64,000 bases of DNA from contig NC_043001.1 of assembly GCF_006345805.1 (NCBI RefSeq), positions 106,206,001 through 106,270,000 on the forward strand, read 5' to 3'. The position numbers and the translations under genes were made by a program. Below the pieces are notes generated by a model. The model ran no database searches. It worked only from the letters and a program-made list of their open reading frames with translations, and was not told the DNA's origin. The stretch comes from Octopus sinensis. Taxonomy: Eukaryota. Positions 24,976-38,165 of the stretch are shown piece after piece (positions within the stretch are counted from its first letter, which is position 1; each line of letters starts with the position of its first letter).

Positions 24976-27921
24976 ATTAGTTTAATGTAAATGCATATGT
25001 ATCTTGACCACTCAGATACAAGCTGTTTGATCTTTAGAATGCAGGTCTTTGCACGCTCCACGGTCATTTCTTATAGAGAAACTCCGTGGGAAACGCACAA
25101 TAAATCTCTCACAACATATCGTCCTAATTATTTGCAGAGGGACCTACAGGTATGATTAGTTGCAGGTATGTTATTCCTCAGGATATTGATCACTTCTTTT
25201 CCAAAGTAAAATTACAGAGGGATGCGTAGGCACTTCCGGTGCCTAAGCGTCCCTCCAGAGATTGCTCACCTGTTAGTCTGGAATGACGAGTAGAAAACTT
25301 GATCTTAGGAAACCAATCCTAATTCTGAAACTGGTCAGCATCTGCATACCTGACGGTTGCTCATTCTTTGTAGTTGTGCTTTCATTGTCACATCTCATTC
25401 TGTAAAAAAGAGTTATAAATCGCTATTAGATAAATGATTAAGGCGCCGGTCAGCAAACCATTTAACCTATCGAATGTTATTCTCGTCATGCTACACCGGT
25501 CGGACATATATTTGTCCACAAATAAGGATTCTGGGCACAGCAAATAGCTACCACCCCTAATTTAAATTTTATCACAATGTGGTGCTAGGTAACAAATAAT
25601 TTTTTCCTTAATATATCGCACATATGGTATCTACACAAAACAGGATAGAATCAAGTTTTCTGTGTTGATTATCGTGACAGCGTTATTATCCTAGTCTCAG
25701 AGGCAGAACACACATCTTCAAACCCTTGTCTATCCACCTTAATTCTATCTGCTATCCAAATCCTTGATTCTTGTGCCATTAATGTCGAGTCTATCGTGAC
25801 ATGGTGGTGATATAATTCCCCACCAGGTCGCAACATCCATCGTTGTATGCTGCAGCCGATGCATGCGTTTTCAGTGATGTACCTCCTTAATTTCATTCGT
25901 ACAAACAAGACAAACGAATCAACATTTCACTCAGTAGTAAGATGCCATAATGTCTAAAGATGACTTATTAATTTTGAGCAGCCATATTAAATATTAGAAA
26001 TTGCTGTTTACAAAATCACTTCCAAAATCGATTTTAGAACGAGGATGGAACTTAATTTAAATCTTGAAATACATAGTTTTAATGTTTTCCTCATATATTC
26101 CATAACAAAAATTTACATATCACATCGTTGCATCAAGACAACGTAAAGTACTTTGTTAAGAGCATGTTTTTAATTTCATGTTACATACATTTCAAATTCT
26201 TAGGCATTTTTTTTTTTACTTTTCCTCGACGTTATTCTCGTAAATGATGTTTTAATTTAATTTTCGCAGACATGTTTTATCTTCTATCAAACTCTTCATA
26301 TTTCAGAGACACAACCATTAACACAAATTAACTTATCTTCAATCAATGAAAACAGATTATTTTCTTCCAATTGCGTTAGATTGAACTACGACAGCAAATT
26401 GAAATTTGAAGTGTTCTCTAAATAATTGCACACCTACATGCATACATATACATATGCTTACATATATACGTATATATAAACTTAAGTATGTGTATCTATC
26501 TATCTATCTATCTATCTACCTACCTACCTACCTACCTATCTACCTACCTACCAATCTATGTATCTATTTATCTATGTATCTATCTAGGCTTGTATGTGTA
26601 TGCTGCTACAAACAGGTATTATGTATCTGTGTTTAGTGTGGCTGTATGTTTGTGCGTGAGTGTATTTATGTGTATAAATATGTATACACCAATGTATGGA
26701 CGGGTCTATGGCCGTATGCATTAATGGCAATATCGAGAGACCGGATGGATGTTTGCAGCAGTGTGTTTATTCAAGTCACCTGCCATTATAGGCTGCTTAT
26801 ATATCCGATATAATAATGAAAAGCAATTATCTAATATACTATTGACGGATTTATTTAGTGCAGCTATACATGCGCATGTGTAAGTATGTATGCGTGCATA
26901 CATATATGTATTATTTATTTATTGTGTGTGTGTGTACATATATTTTGTTATGGACGAGAAATTATCCGAATATAATTTCCCATCGTTCGTACAGCTCGAA
27001 TTAGAACACTGGTGTGTGGTTCTGCAAGGCAAGGCGAAAAAACATAACCTATTGTGATCACGTGTGTGGTTAAAGCGTAGGCGGTATGATTTGACACGCT
27101 TATTGTGTGGGCGGACTATAAGGACTACTAGCGAACACGTGGGGCGTTAATTTGGTGTTTGGGGCTGAGTGACAGCAGTTACTGTGTGGGTCGATGTGAA
27201 GCAGTAGGTTCAGAGTCTACAGGAAGTCGATGCGATGGAAGTCGACGTGAGTGGTTTATGTGAATAGCTGGGCCGAGGTCGATGCCATGCGGCCAATGTG
27301 AGGTGATTGAGGTCGAGCAGTTCGTGTGGAACCTGTTGACACCGTAATTAGTATCAGAACATTAGCATTTTTGGAAGGTTTTGAACTTGCTGCGAAAATA
27401 GTCTGTGTGAACTAAGCAACGTAAAGAATACGTAATGTTTACTGGACTAACGTAAATTCGGGAGTAACAACGGAGTCCAGTCAAAAAAAAAATTGATAAA
27501 AGGCTGATGAATAAAAGAAGAGCTCACCGAAAGAAGTCGGCACTACTTAAATACAGAGGTCCCGATGCATCTACGTAACAATATGAAGGGGGTCCCCACA
27601 ACATCGTTTGTTTTTACTCCGATCTTTTCCTCCAGAATATCGTCTGTTTTCAATCTGATGTTTTTACAGTGCGCACGCTTTAGGGTTAGTTTTTTGCTTA
27701 GGGTTAGTGGATCTGTCACACACTTTTTAATTAATTTTTTTTAACTAAACAGTTTCAAAATTCATATACTGGTGGAATTTCTCACGCATAACACGATTTA
27801 CTTTGAACATGTTTGCTTGGGTGTCAATCTGAGGATAGAGCAGAGGATTCCGAAAGAGTTGGATGAGTCTAATGGTGATTACAGAGGCATATCATCTCCG
27901 AAAACACACTCTGAAATATAA

Positions 27922-27959
<38 letters not shown>

Positions 27960-27962
<3 letters not shown>

Positions 27963-28310
27963 TGTGTGGTAAGTGGCTTGCTTACCAGCCACATGATTCC
28001 GGGTTCAGTCCCACTGGGGGGCACCTTGGGAAACTGTCTTCTACTATAGCCTTGGGCCAACCAAACCCTTGTGAGTCGATTTGGTAGACGGAAACTGAAA
28101 GACGCCCGTCGTATATGTGTATGTATATATATATATATATGTATATATGTGTGTGTATGTGTGTATGTATGTTTGTGTTCTGTGTTTGTCCCCCCCAACA
28201 TCGCTTGACAACCGATGCTGGTGTGTTTACGTCCCCGTAAATTAGCGGTTCGGCGAAAGAAACGGATAGAATAAGTTCTAGGCTTACAAAGAATAAGTCA
28301 TGGGGTCGAT
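27960..28310 (+). mobile_element. SINE family A (3' end truncated)
   Basis: Colinear with 185-520 (TGGTAAGTGGCTTGCTT..GGTTCAGTCCCAC..GACAACCGATGCTGGTGTGTTTACGTCCC). Confidence 0.85.
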
Positions 28311-28889
28311 ATTTTTATGTAATTTTGGTAAATACATCTGTTAAATTGAGATGACTGACACGAGAAAGCACTCTACAGCGGGAAATCAACGATACCTTCT
28401 CATTCTAACAAACACCTAATAGATAGCTACCTCGCATTGTGGTCATGAGTGCACCAAATCTCACGTATACGTATGTTCAAATTTTCGCGGATGCTTCTTT
28501 GAGCGAGGGTACTCGCGCCATGCAGCTTACCTGTGGGCGTTTATACATCCATATTTGTTAACATTTGGTTTTGGCACTTTTCTCGCTGGATTGCGTGTTC
28601 GTTTCTCTTTCCGCCATCTGTAATTTCATTTTTGATCTATATAAATGAAGATATTTCTTCCGTCTGGTTGCTTTTCTTTTCTACAAACCGAAAAGTTACG
28701 TTGCGGAGCTGTTATTTTAACGATTTGCTTTTATCACTTGACGAAATACACCTGCACTGACGGATTCACTTGAACCAGTTGTTGAGTGTCCCACTAGATG
28801 TGTCGAAACAATTGTCATGGTTAATAATATACTCTCATATATTCCATCTTTTATTTGCCACATATGTGTGTGTATAATGTGTGTCCATA

Positions 28890-28936
<47 letters not shown>

Positions 28937-29235
28937 TTGAAACACTCCTGTCACAATCTGGGACCTTGAAGACTGCTAGTATGCTAGTCCCTTAATATTT
29001 GATATTCAATATTTCATCTATTCAATAAGACAATCAATACTTCATTTCATTTTACTATATATATATTATTTATACGATATATTCTACATTAATACTATAA
29101 AGAATATAAATAAAACAAAAAACAGACAGATTTGGAATTCATTTGAATAATATATATCCCTCTATACATAACCATAGAAACACTTTTATTTATATATATA
29201 TATATATTATTTATATATATATATATATATATATA

Positions 29236-29318
<83 letters not shown>

Positions 29319-29323
29319 TATAT

Positions 29324-29366
<43 letters not shown>

Positions 29367-30241
29367 AAACTTTGGTCGCCACCGTTTCCTAATTCTCGGT
29401 GCATACGCATGCGCGAACACACATATAAATAACCTTTTCACTCTGCGTGCTGTGTTTAATTCCAGCTACTATCACCTTTGACATTTAATCTTTCGGATTC
29501 TATAAAATAAAGTCCACCCACCCATGCATGCACACAGACACACACACCCACACACACACACATATATATATATGTGTGTATGCGTATGTCTGCGTTTCTT
29601 TGTGTACGAGGACCTGTTAAGATAAGTAGTTCATTTTACTTTTCGTGTCACTGAATTCCTTACCATTTTCGATTTAATATTGTCACCAAATACATCATTC
29701 ATATAATACAACTATACCTTAAAAAAACACTAAAGCTAATGCTTTCACAAAGAAAGTTCGGTATTTATTAAGTCACAAATATTTTCGTGTCTGTAGTATA
29801 TAGATTTTGACAGCTGTGGTCATAGTTTCTTCTTATTAAAGATTTGAAGAACTAATCTTTAAGTGGATATAAAATATTCTACATTTATTGGCATATTAAA
29901 ATATAATTTTGAATAAATTCGATAATTCAGAACACCATTTCCATCAGAAGTACGAGATGATTAACTGAAAATGTATTAAATCTATGTATTAGGAAAAACT
30001 GACACGAGAAAGCACTCTACAGCGGGAAATCAACGATACCAGCCAATAACAAATATTGGTTTACTTTTTCTGTCAAACCATCCAGAAATGTAAACGTGTT
30101 TTGTTATTATTCTGACCTTAACAATATAGCACTTGTCTTTTTTTATTTGTAGTTTATAAATAATGGTGATTGAATAGCAAAATTAACTTTCAAGTTGCCA
30201 TTTTAAAAGCCAGAGAAAATCCAGTACTAAGATTAAATAAT

Positions 30242-30445
30242 GGGTTTGATTTAGAAACAAAGCCGGTGCGTTTGAAAGAACTTATAAAGTTTATACAATC
30301 GATCAAAGTCTGTGAATGGAACTGTATTTCATCGATTCCCGGAAGGATGAAAATCAAATTTGCCCTCGACCGTATTTGAACTCAGAGAGTCAAGAGCCAG
30401 AACGAATACTGCAACGAATTCTTTCTGGTGCTCTAAAGATTCTAC
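30242..30445 (-). mobile_element. SINE family B, old diverged copy
   Basis: ATCGATTCCCGGAAGGATGAAAATCAAATTTGCCCTCGACCGTATTTGAACTCAGA. Confidence 0.65.
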
Positions 30446-30956
30446 CGATAATATTCACAGGTATTGAATTAATTTTTTATGATGTTATCCTAATTTACAT
30501 TCGATGCAGCGGATTTCATGTGAATGCATATTTGCCTGCATATGTGCATTTTTGATTGTTAGGTATGCGCATGTTTTTACAGGCAGAATTATTGCATCAT
30601 GTAATAGTCAGATGTGAGGAATGCCTTGAATATATCATCCACTCTTAGAGAAATCATCTCCTACTGAGGATGATATATAAATTAACCGAAAACCAGGACT
30701 GATGTTCCTAATAACAGGAAATTTATCATACTCTGATAACGTGCGTTATCTTTGTAATATTACAAGTGATATTTCCTGAATTATGTTGAAAGCTAGCATA
30801 TGCAATGATATTAGTGTTGCTTATCACGAATTTTAGCCAGAAGTCTTCAACCAGAATAGTTATAAATGTTACAGAGCAGGTATTGTAGGAATAGCGGCTA
30901 CATTGTACAATAAAATAACCGACAACTATTCAAGCTATCTTCTCAGTGTTTCGCTC

Positions 30957-31021
30957 TGTTTCGACGTCACGATGGGAAGTTCTGACTCTGCACAATTGGC
31001 TGATTTGGTCGGTATATATAT

Positions 31022-31064
<43 letters not shown>

Positions 31065-31890
31065 TTTATGAGATGGTTGATCAATTCCCAAACATGAATG
31101 GATGTTTATATCGTGATGACTGTCTACTCTATCTTCAAAATGTTTCTAACCAAAAATTACAAAGGATGAAAATTAAGTTCGTTAAATTTTTCCGAAACAT
31201 GCGCTTAAGCATTGATTTCGATTATGATATAACCAAAGCCAACATTTTTGATATTACCCTTAACTTATATAATATATTAATTCATATTTCCCATACCATA
31301 GACCCTCAAATAATTTAAAGTATATTAGCTTTTTCACTAACCATTCAAAAGCTATAACAAGTAGTTTAGTTACAAATATTTCACTTAGACTTTCTAGATT
31401 ATCTGCTAGTATTGATATAGTTAACGATAAAGACGAATTTTATAACTCTGCAGGCTATAAAGAAAAATATTACCTATATTAACTCGATTGACATTAATTC
31501 TCCCTCAATTAATAAGGACATGAAAACACATCATAACGGTAATAACAATATGAATTATAGTTTGAATAACAATAAATCGAAAAATGTAATTTTGCTTCGT
31601 AAGGTAGATAACCGTTCTTTATATCCCTTCATACGTAATAAAAATAAATCTAGGAATTTTAAAGATAATTATCCTAATAACAATGTGTGTCCTAGTAAAA
31701 CAGTTTGGCTGATCATTCCATTTAATAATAAAATCAATTCCCTTATCCCTTATCGTGAAGCTATAGATAAGAATTTTCTAAAAATTTCAGATACCATTCC
31801 ATTATCAATTCACACCGAATTAGGATGGGTTTTTCAAACACCAAAGACATTTCACAAATCACTTCTTCGTGCGGCAATAAGTTGTTAAAT
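30957..31890 (+). mobile_element. Penelope-like element RT relic (YRDD type), interrupted by (TA)n
   Basis: CFDVTMGSSDSAQLADLVGI-(TA)n-..GCLYRDDCLLYLQNVSNQKLQRMKIKFVKFFRNMRLSIDFDYDITKANIFDITLNL, later RLSRLS..SAGYKEK and VWLIIPF; the FDVTMGS and LYRDD motifs are typical of PLE RTs. Confidence 0.8.
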
Positions 31891-32039
31891 ACGAATCCTT
31901 GTGGCAAAATTTGAAACAATTAGACGTAGTTTCCATCAAGAGATCTGCACTGCAGAGCAAGTTTCAATTCTGTAATATTCGCTAGAATTTATCTTCATGG
32001 TTTCTTTGATGCATGGCAGACGCTATGTGCATATATATG

Positions 32040-32041
32040 AT

Positions 32042-32103
<62 letters not shown>

Positions 32104-32153
32104 GTGTGTGTGTGTGTTTGTGCATTTATGTGTGTGTGTTGTGTTTGTGCATT

Positions 32154-32184
<31 letters not shown>

Positions 32185-32287
32185 TTTTGTGCATTTATAT
32201 ATATATATGTGTGTGTTTGTGCATTTATATATATATATATGTGTGTTTGTGCATTTATATATATATATATGTGTGTGTTTGTGCATT

Positions 32288-32318
<31 letters not shown>

Positions 32319-32480
32319 TTGTGCATTTATATATGTGTGTGTGTGTGTTTGTGCATTTTTATATATATAAATATATATATACATATGTGTGTGTGTGTAT
32401 TTATATATATATATATATATAGACACACACACATATGTATGTATATATATATGTGTTTGCGTGTGTGTGTATAATTTGAA
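32040..32480. repeat. Compound (TA)n/(TG)n array with eight TTGTGCATTT-punctuated units
   Basis: Directly visible. Confidence 0.9.
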
Positions 32481-32909
32481 TGGAAGCAATACCAGCGGAA
32501 ATCTAGAGGAACATGACCTATCATCCAATAGAATATTCAATACATATGTGTACTTTCTTCGACATTAATAAATCAATATAATGTTCGAGATAATATTAGT
32601 ATCAAAAACATACAAATATATAAATATATAAATATTTAATATTTAAAAATACGCAAATATTTAAAAACATTTTAAAAATATTCTAAAATGCGTATGCATT
32701 TTAAAAATATATAATTACATAAATATATATAAAAAAGGTCGATATAAGATAAAACTCGTAGGTATTTATGTGTATATAAAGATATATACATGCACACACA
32801 CTCAAATATATTCTCATATATACATACACGTGCATGCATATATATATATGAGACTTTACCATTTGCTTGTTTTACCTACACCTGTCTTTGCTGTGTATAA
32901 ATTTGAACT

Positions 32910-32920
32910 ATATAGATAGG

Positions 32921-32987
<67 letters not shown>

Positions 32988-32988
32988 T
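32910..32988. repeat. (GATA)n microsatellite
   Basis: Directly visible, nearly pure. Confidence 0.95.
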
Positions 32989-33589
32989 TGCAGGGAGGGG
33001 AAGAGAGAGAGAGTTTGAAAATGAATGAGAAGCTGTCAGAATGCATAATATCGTTGTTATTATAGTAAAGGTAGAAAGGAAACCGTAATAAAGAAGTTTA
33101 TTTCTGAAAAATATGAAATATACAAGAAATTCATAGATTGGCTTTTTTCTTATAACACACAACATAGCAATTTATTGTGTTATACATTTCAATTTCCATT
33201 TGTTTCTTTTCATAGAAAGGTTTCTGAACAGGAAAAATGTTTGATAAGATCTTTTGTTTGTTATTCCTAATTTTATGTTTAAATGGTTTGCTTTTGTTTC
33301 TTGTTTTGAAAAGAAAAGATAAGCATATGATTTGCTACAAAAAAAAAAAAAAAAAAAAAGAAACTCCTCAACAAGAGTCAGTCTGACAGCATCTGTATGA
33401 CACCTTAACCTTGTAGAAACACCAGTCAAATTGTCCTGAAATTATATCGTATGCCTTTCAAAAGAAGGTTTGAATAGACAATATAGTCCAAGATAAACCT
33501 ATAGCAAGGTATTAAGATCGATAATATTGCTTGTACCTCAACTCTAGTATTGAACCTTCGTCGCTATGTAAGAAATCAATATATAAAAT

Positions 33590-34033
33590 ATTTATTCCTT
33601 TATTGCCCACAGGGGGCTAACATAGAAGGGACAAACAAGGCGATTAATTTAATTACATCGACCTCAGTACGTAACTGGTACTTATTTATCGACCCCGAAG
33701 AGATAAAAAGCAAAGTCGACCTCGGCGCAATTGGAGCTCAGATCATAATGCCAGATGAAATACCGCTGAGAATTTCGTCCGGCATGCTAACGATTCTGCC
33801 AGCCCGCCGCCCTATATTAATACAATATTCTTTTCTGCTCTGGGCACAAGGCCAGAAATTTTGAGGGGAGGGGGCCAGTCAATTAGATGGACACTATTAC
33901 GCAACTGGTACTTAATTTATCGACCCCCGAAAGGATAAAAGGAAAAGTCGACCTCGGCGGAATTTGAGCTCAGAACGTAAATAGACAGACGAAATAGTGC
34001 TAAGCATTTCACCTGGTGTGCTAACGTTTCTGC
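33590..34033 (-). mobile_element. Two adjacent SINE family B monomers (33590-33813, 33826-34033)
   Basis: Each has ACTGGTACTTA.TTTATCGACCCC..AAAGTCGACCTCGGCG..GCTAACG.TTCTGC; the two have different tails. Confidence 0.85.
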
Positions 34034-35300
34034 TGTGCAATAATTTTTGCCGTAGTTCTGCTCGATCATATTTGCAGGGTTTACACCACGATAAAATCAA
34101 TTTTCTTGTAAATTTGGCTACAAATCTGAAATGGCAAAACAATGAGACAATATGCTTTGTCCGACAATTCTTCCATTGACATACCTAATTTGTTTCCGTT
34201 TCTTGCTGTTTGTCTCCTTGTTATTATAATTGTTAATGGGTTAGTGAAGGAGGCACGACAGCCCACATGACTAGGATCTCATAGTTTAGGAGAAGGTCAT
34301 AGGTTATTTGGAAACCGAAAACATAAATGCATGCTATATACCGAATTCGAATAACGTCATAGAATCTCAAGAAGGCAATGTTAAGATTGGGTAAGGATTA
34401 AATCATGCCTAGAGACAGAAGCAGTGCTACTATTTAGTTTTGCACAGATTAACATCTACGAAATTTCAGTTATGAAAATGACGTCGAGAAAAATAGTGCC
34501 TTCAAGATAGGCCTTAGCTTGTAAACCACTCCGTATCAGATTGATTAAAGAAAGTCAGGTTCATAAGATATACCGGGGCTGAAGTCTGCTCCGGCAAAAT
34601 TTCTCTATTTTACAGAATATCGAGGTCTTATCCATTCTTTTGTTGTCATTATATATATATATATATATATATATATTGAAATGTGTAATAGAAGCAGCTA
34701 TAGCATAATAAATATCATTAACCACATATACTTAATGCATATGCTTCGTGTATTTGCCGTTGGGCTGACTTGGCGCGGTGAAATATATCCTGTTTCAAAT
34801 CACCGGGTGTTACATCATCTCAGAGTGATGGACAAGTGAGACAACTCACCTTGAATCCTATCTAGAAGTGATGGATATCAGTACCACGTACTCAGCAGAA
34901 TCGGAAGCGAATGCGGTTGCCAGTCCCCGACTTATGCTCATTGTATGCAGATTTGTCGCATACGTGATGTTGGCAAATCACAGTCGAAAAGACATTTTAA
35001 CGACCTCTTCAAATTGCTTAATGTGAAATATGACTGGATTCTTGTAAAACCGCAGAAAAAAAGTAACAAATTTCATAACAAAAATGAGACAACGCGTAAT
35101 AATATATCGAAACTCATTCACATAGAGAGTCGTTTTCAATTTTTTTTACACAGATCAATAGATCGATAAAGTAAACTGATCAATAAACGAACCTATAAAG
35201 ATTATAAGAATCAGCTGTAAGTCGAATTTAGTAATAGAATACGAAATGGTCATTATTTGCACTTTATCGTGTATATATGTATGTGTGTGTGGGGTGGGTA

Positions 35301-35634
35301 CAGAGGGTGTTAGAATACCTACAATACTAGAAATAAGAGCTAAATACTCTAATGCGGCAGTCAATGCAAACAGTTGTATATATACTTACTAACAGTGACA
35401 GTAAACGGTTGAAAGTGTCGATCTTGTCCAGAAACTGGCGAATCGTACCGACCCTACCGATGAGTGCTTCGGTCTTAAAGGTGAAACCATTGGCGGTGCA
35501 CGGATATCACGACTGCTACTTTCGGCTCTTTACGGTCACTGTTAGTAAGTATGTATACAATTGTGTGCGTTGACTGATGCTTCAGAGTATTTTAGCTCTT
35601 ATTTCTAGCATTGTAGGTCTTCTAACACCCTCTG
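35301..35634. mobile_element. Foldback MITE with about 110-bp imperfect TIRs
   Basis: TA|CAGAGGGTGTTAGAATACCTACAATACTAGAAATAAGAGCTAAATACTCT ... AGAGTATTTTAGCTCTTATTTCTAGCATTGTAGGTCTTCTAACACCCTCTG|TC; inner arms TACTTACTAACAGTGAC / GTCACTGTTAGTAAGTA. Confidence 0.8.
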
Positions 35635-35725
35635 TCTTAATGAATGACAGGTATAGGTTTCCTTTTTGGTGATACATTTCTAAACAGCTGCCTAATTTAA
35701 TTGTGTATATATATATTTGTGTGTA

Positions 35726-35770
<45 letters not shown>

Positions 35771-37878
35771 TGTATGTGTGTGTTTTTATGTGTGTATGTA
35801 TGTATTTATATACATACACACACACTGATATTTAACATTGAGTTTGTCGTGTCCACTAGGACTGCTTAATCGAATTCGGACACAGTTGGAAGCCCACACT
35901 TGTTGAAAGAATAAACACTCGAACATATAATCCTTCCCCTGGACATGAACTTTCATACTAGTATCATAAACAGTAGTATCTGAACCACGACCGTCATTTC
36001 CTCTGCTTATATTGAATTTGTGGAACCAATTAACCATTTACAACTCGTATATCTTGTCTTTCTAAATCTGAATTTTGCTTTTGTTATTTAAAATACTTCT
36101 CAATGGATCTTCATTATCCAACACAGAGATAATACACTGATACGAAATGTTCAAATTTTGAGTTCAGTAACAGAAGTAACGTCATTAACTTAAGGCGTAA
36201 TATAATTAACTACAAACCCAAATGTGACCTCACCAATCATTTCACTTATAAGGCCGCCCTGACGCATCTAATTTCAGTATGTCGAGGAAATTGTGTTTGC
36301 TGCATTCTACGGAAATCGCAATTGTAATAATATATCCAATTTTTCAGGCCACATTAACTTAATTTACACTGTTTCATTCTCATTTAACCGTTTCTCTTGA
36401 AGCTTTAACGATCACTCATCATTTTAGCTGGTGATTATATGTATCACATCTGTGAGTAACTACGTATATCCACAGGACGATAGGCATATGTGTCTTTGTC
36501 TATTTAAGGGTCTCATATCGGTAAATAAATGCTTTGTTTCTGTATGTTTAATTTGACGTGATACCCATAGGGTATTCCGTCAAATTATCTGCACTGTGCA
36601 TTAGGTTTGCTCCGTAATTACGTTGCAACATCTAACTATTGTATAATTGCTTCGAATTACACATACACCATAGCTTCATAAACCTTTCAATACCTCTCGA
36701 TTTACAAAATAAATGTGACACTGAAAGTTTCGTAATATTTCATATTTACTTCATACCATCATGGCTGTACTGAAATAAAATGTAATTTCAAAAATTCATG
36801 CCGGAAGGTAAATGAATAACATGTTAGGTGCACAAAAATATACAGAGAATTCGTAGTAAGCGATTAAAATAGTACCAAATGAAATACAAAACTAACAAAG
36901 AATTATAAATGTATATTATAAGATAAGATTAGCTACAACTCTATATAATTTATCTTAGAATTCTTCTCACGAAATGTTCAATAAAACCAAATTTGTTTAT
37001 GTAGTAGAAATAGATTTTCGATGACTGACTTAAAAGAAATAAACGCTGAGGTCGTTCACGATCTAACATAATAGAACAATTTTCAAAGTATTTGTGTCGC
37101 CACAACCGACAAAAAGTTGAACTTATATAACATTGCATATTATCTTTAAATAAAGCAATTGATTTCTTACATTTTTTTCCAGACATGTCTCAACGGTGCA
37201 TTTCACATATCACTGATAAAAGAATAATATTGGACTTATACAATCTCTGTAAAATGATATGTTCGCTTATATTGGACTGTATCTGCTGCAGGATTTCTAT
37301 ATATAACCAGTTACATATTACTCGTCAAGCTCTCCTATTGGAATTCACCTTCTCTTCTAAAGATATCTTAAGAAGTGACTGTCGTAAAAATGACAGCCGT
37401 TATCAGATATTTGATTACACAATTAAAATTCCTTTGTGGGTTACGATTTTTGCCTTGCATTCTATACCGGTATAGCGTAACTGATAGACTTTTCATATTT
37501 ACTTTCTCATAAACATAAATTTACTTTCTTAATTTCGCAGTAACTCTCTTAAATGCCTTGCAGGTACTCTCTTAGTAGCGTGGAAATATATACATATATA
37601 TATATAGATATAGATATATATAGATATAGATATATATAGATAGATAGATATATAGATAGATAGATATATAGATATATATATAAATAGATATATTTTAAAA
37701 AAGTCGTCAGAATTTTGGAAAAAAATCCTTTTATTTCTTCATTATTAACGCTTTCGTTCCTCTCTAGAGCTTGACAAATATAATTTTGCTAATACAATTT
37801 TTCTAATAATAAAGAAATAAAAGGATTGTTTTCCAAAATTCTCAATATCCAAATCTGTAAATCACACATAATACTCTA

Positions 37879-37957
<79 letters not shown>

Positions 37958-38165
37958 ATATATATATGAGGTATATATATATATGAGGTTATGAGCGGTA
38001 ATGGTGTCAGTAAGACCCAAATGTGTCAGGTAATGCTGAATAAGTGCTATGGATAGACCATAGTTAAGTTCCAGGTTTGGTGATTATGCGAATAATGGGT
38101 CCAACGTAGCTCATATCTCAGCGTGTGTATGTATTTTTTTCTGTAACGTGATAAAAAAACGAAGG

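Noticed and set aside
27680-27708. Two TTAGGGTTAG telomere-like motifs
   Set aside because: Too short for an interstitial telomeric array; such motifs occur in common repeats or by chance.
28531-28620. Minus-strand candidate exon (WRKEKRTRNPARKVPKPNVNKYGCINAH) ending at CAG|GTAAG
   Set aside because: The acceptor lacks a polypyrimidine tract, there is no partner exon and no recognised family.
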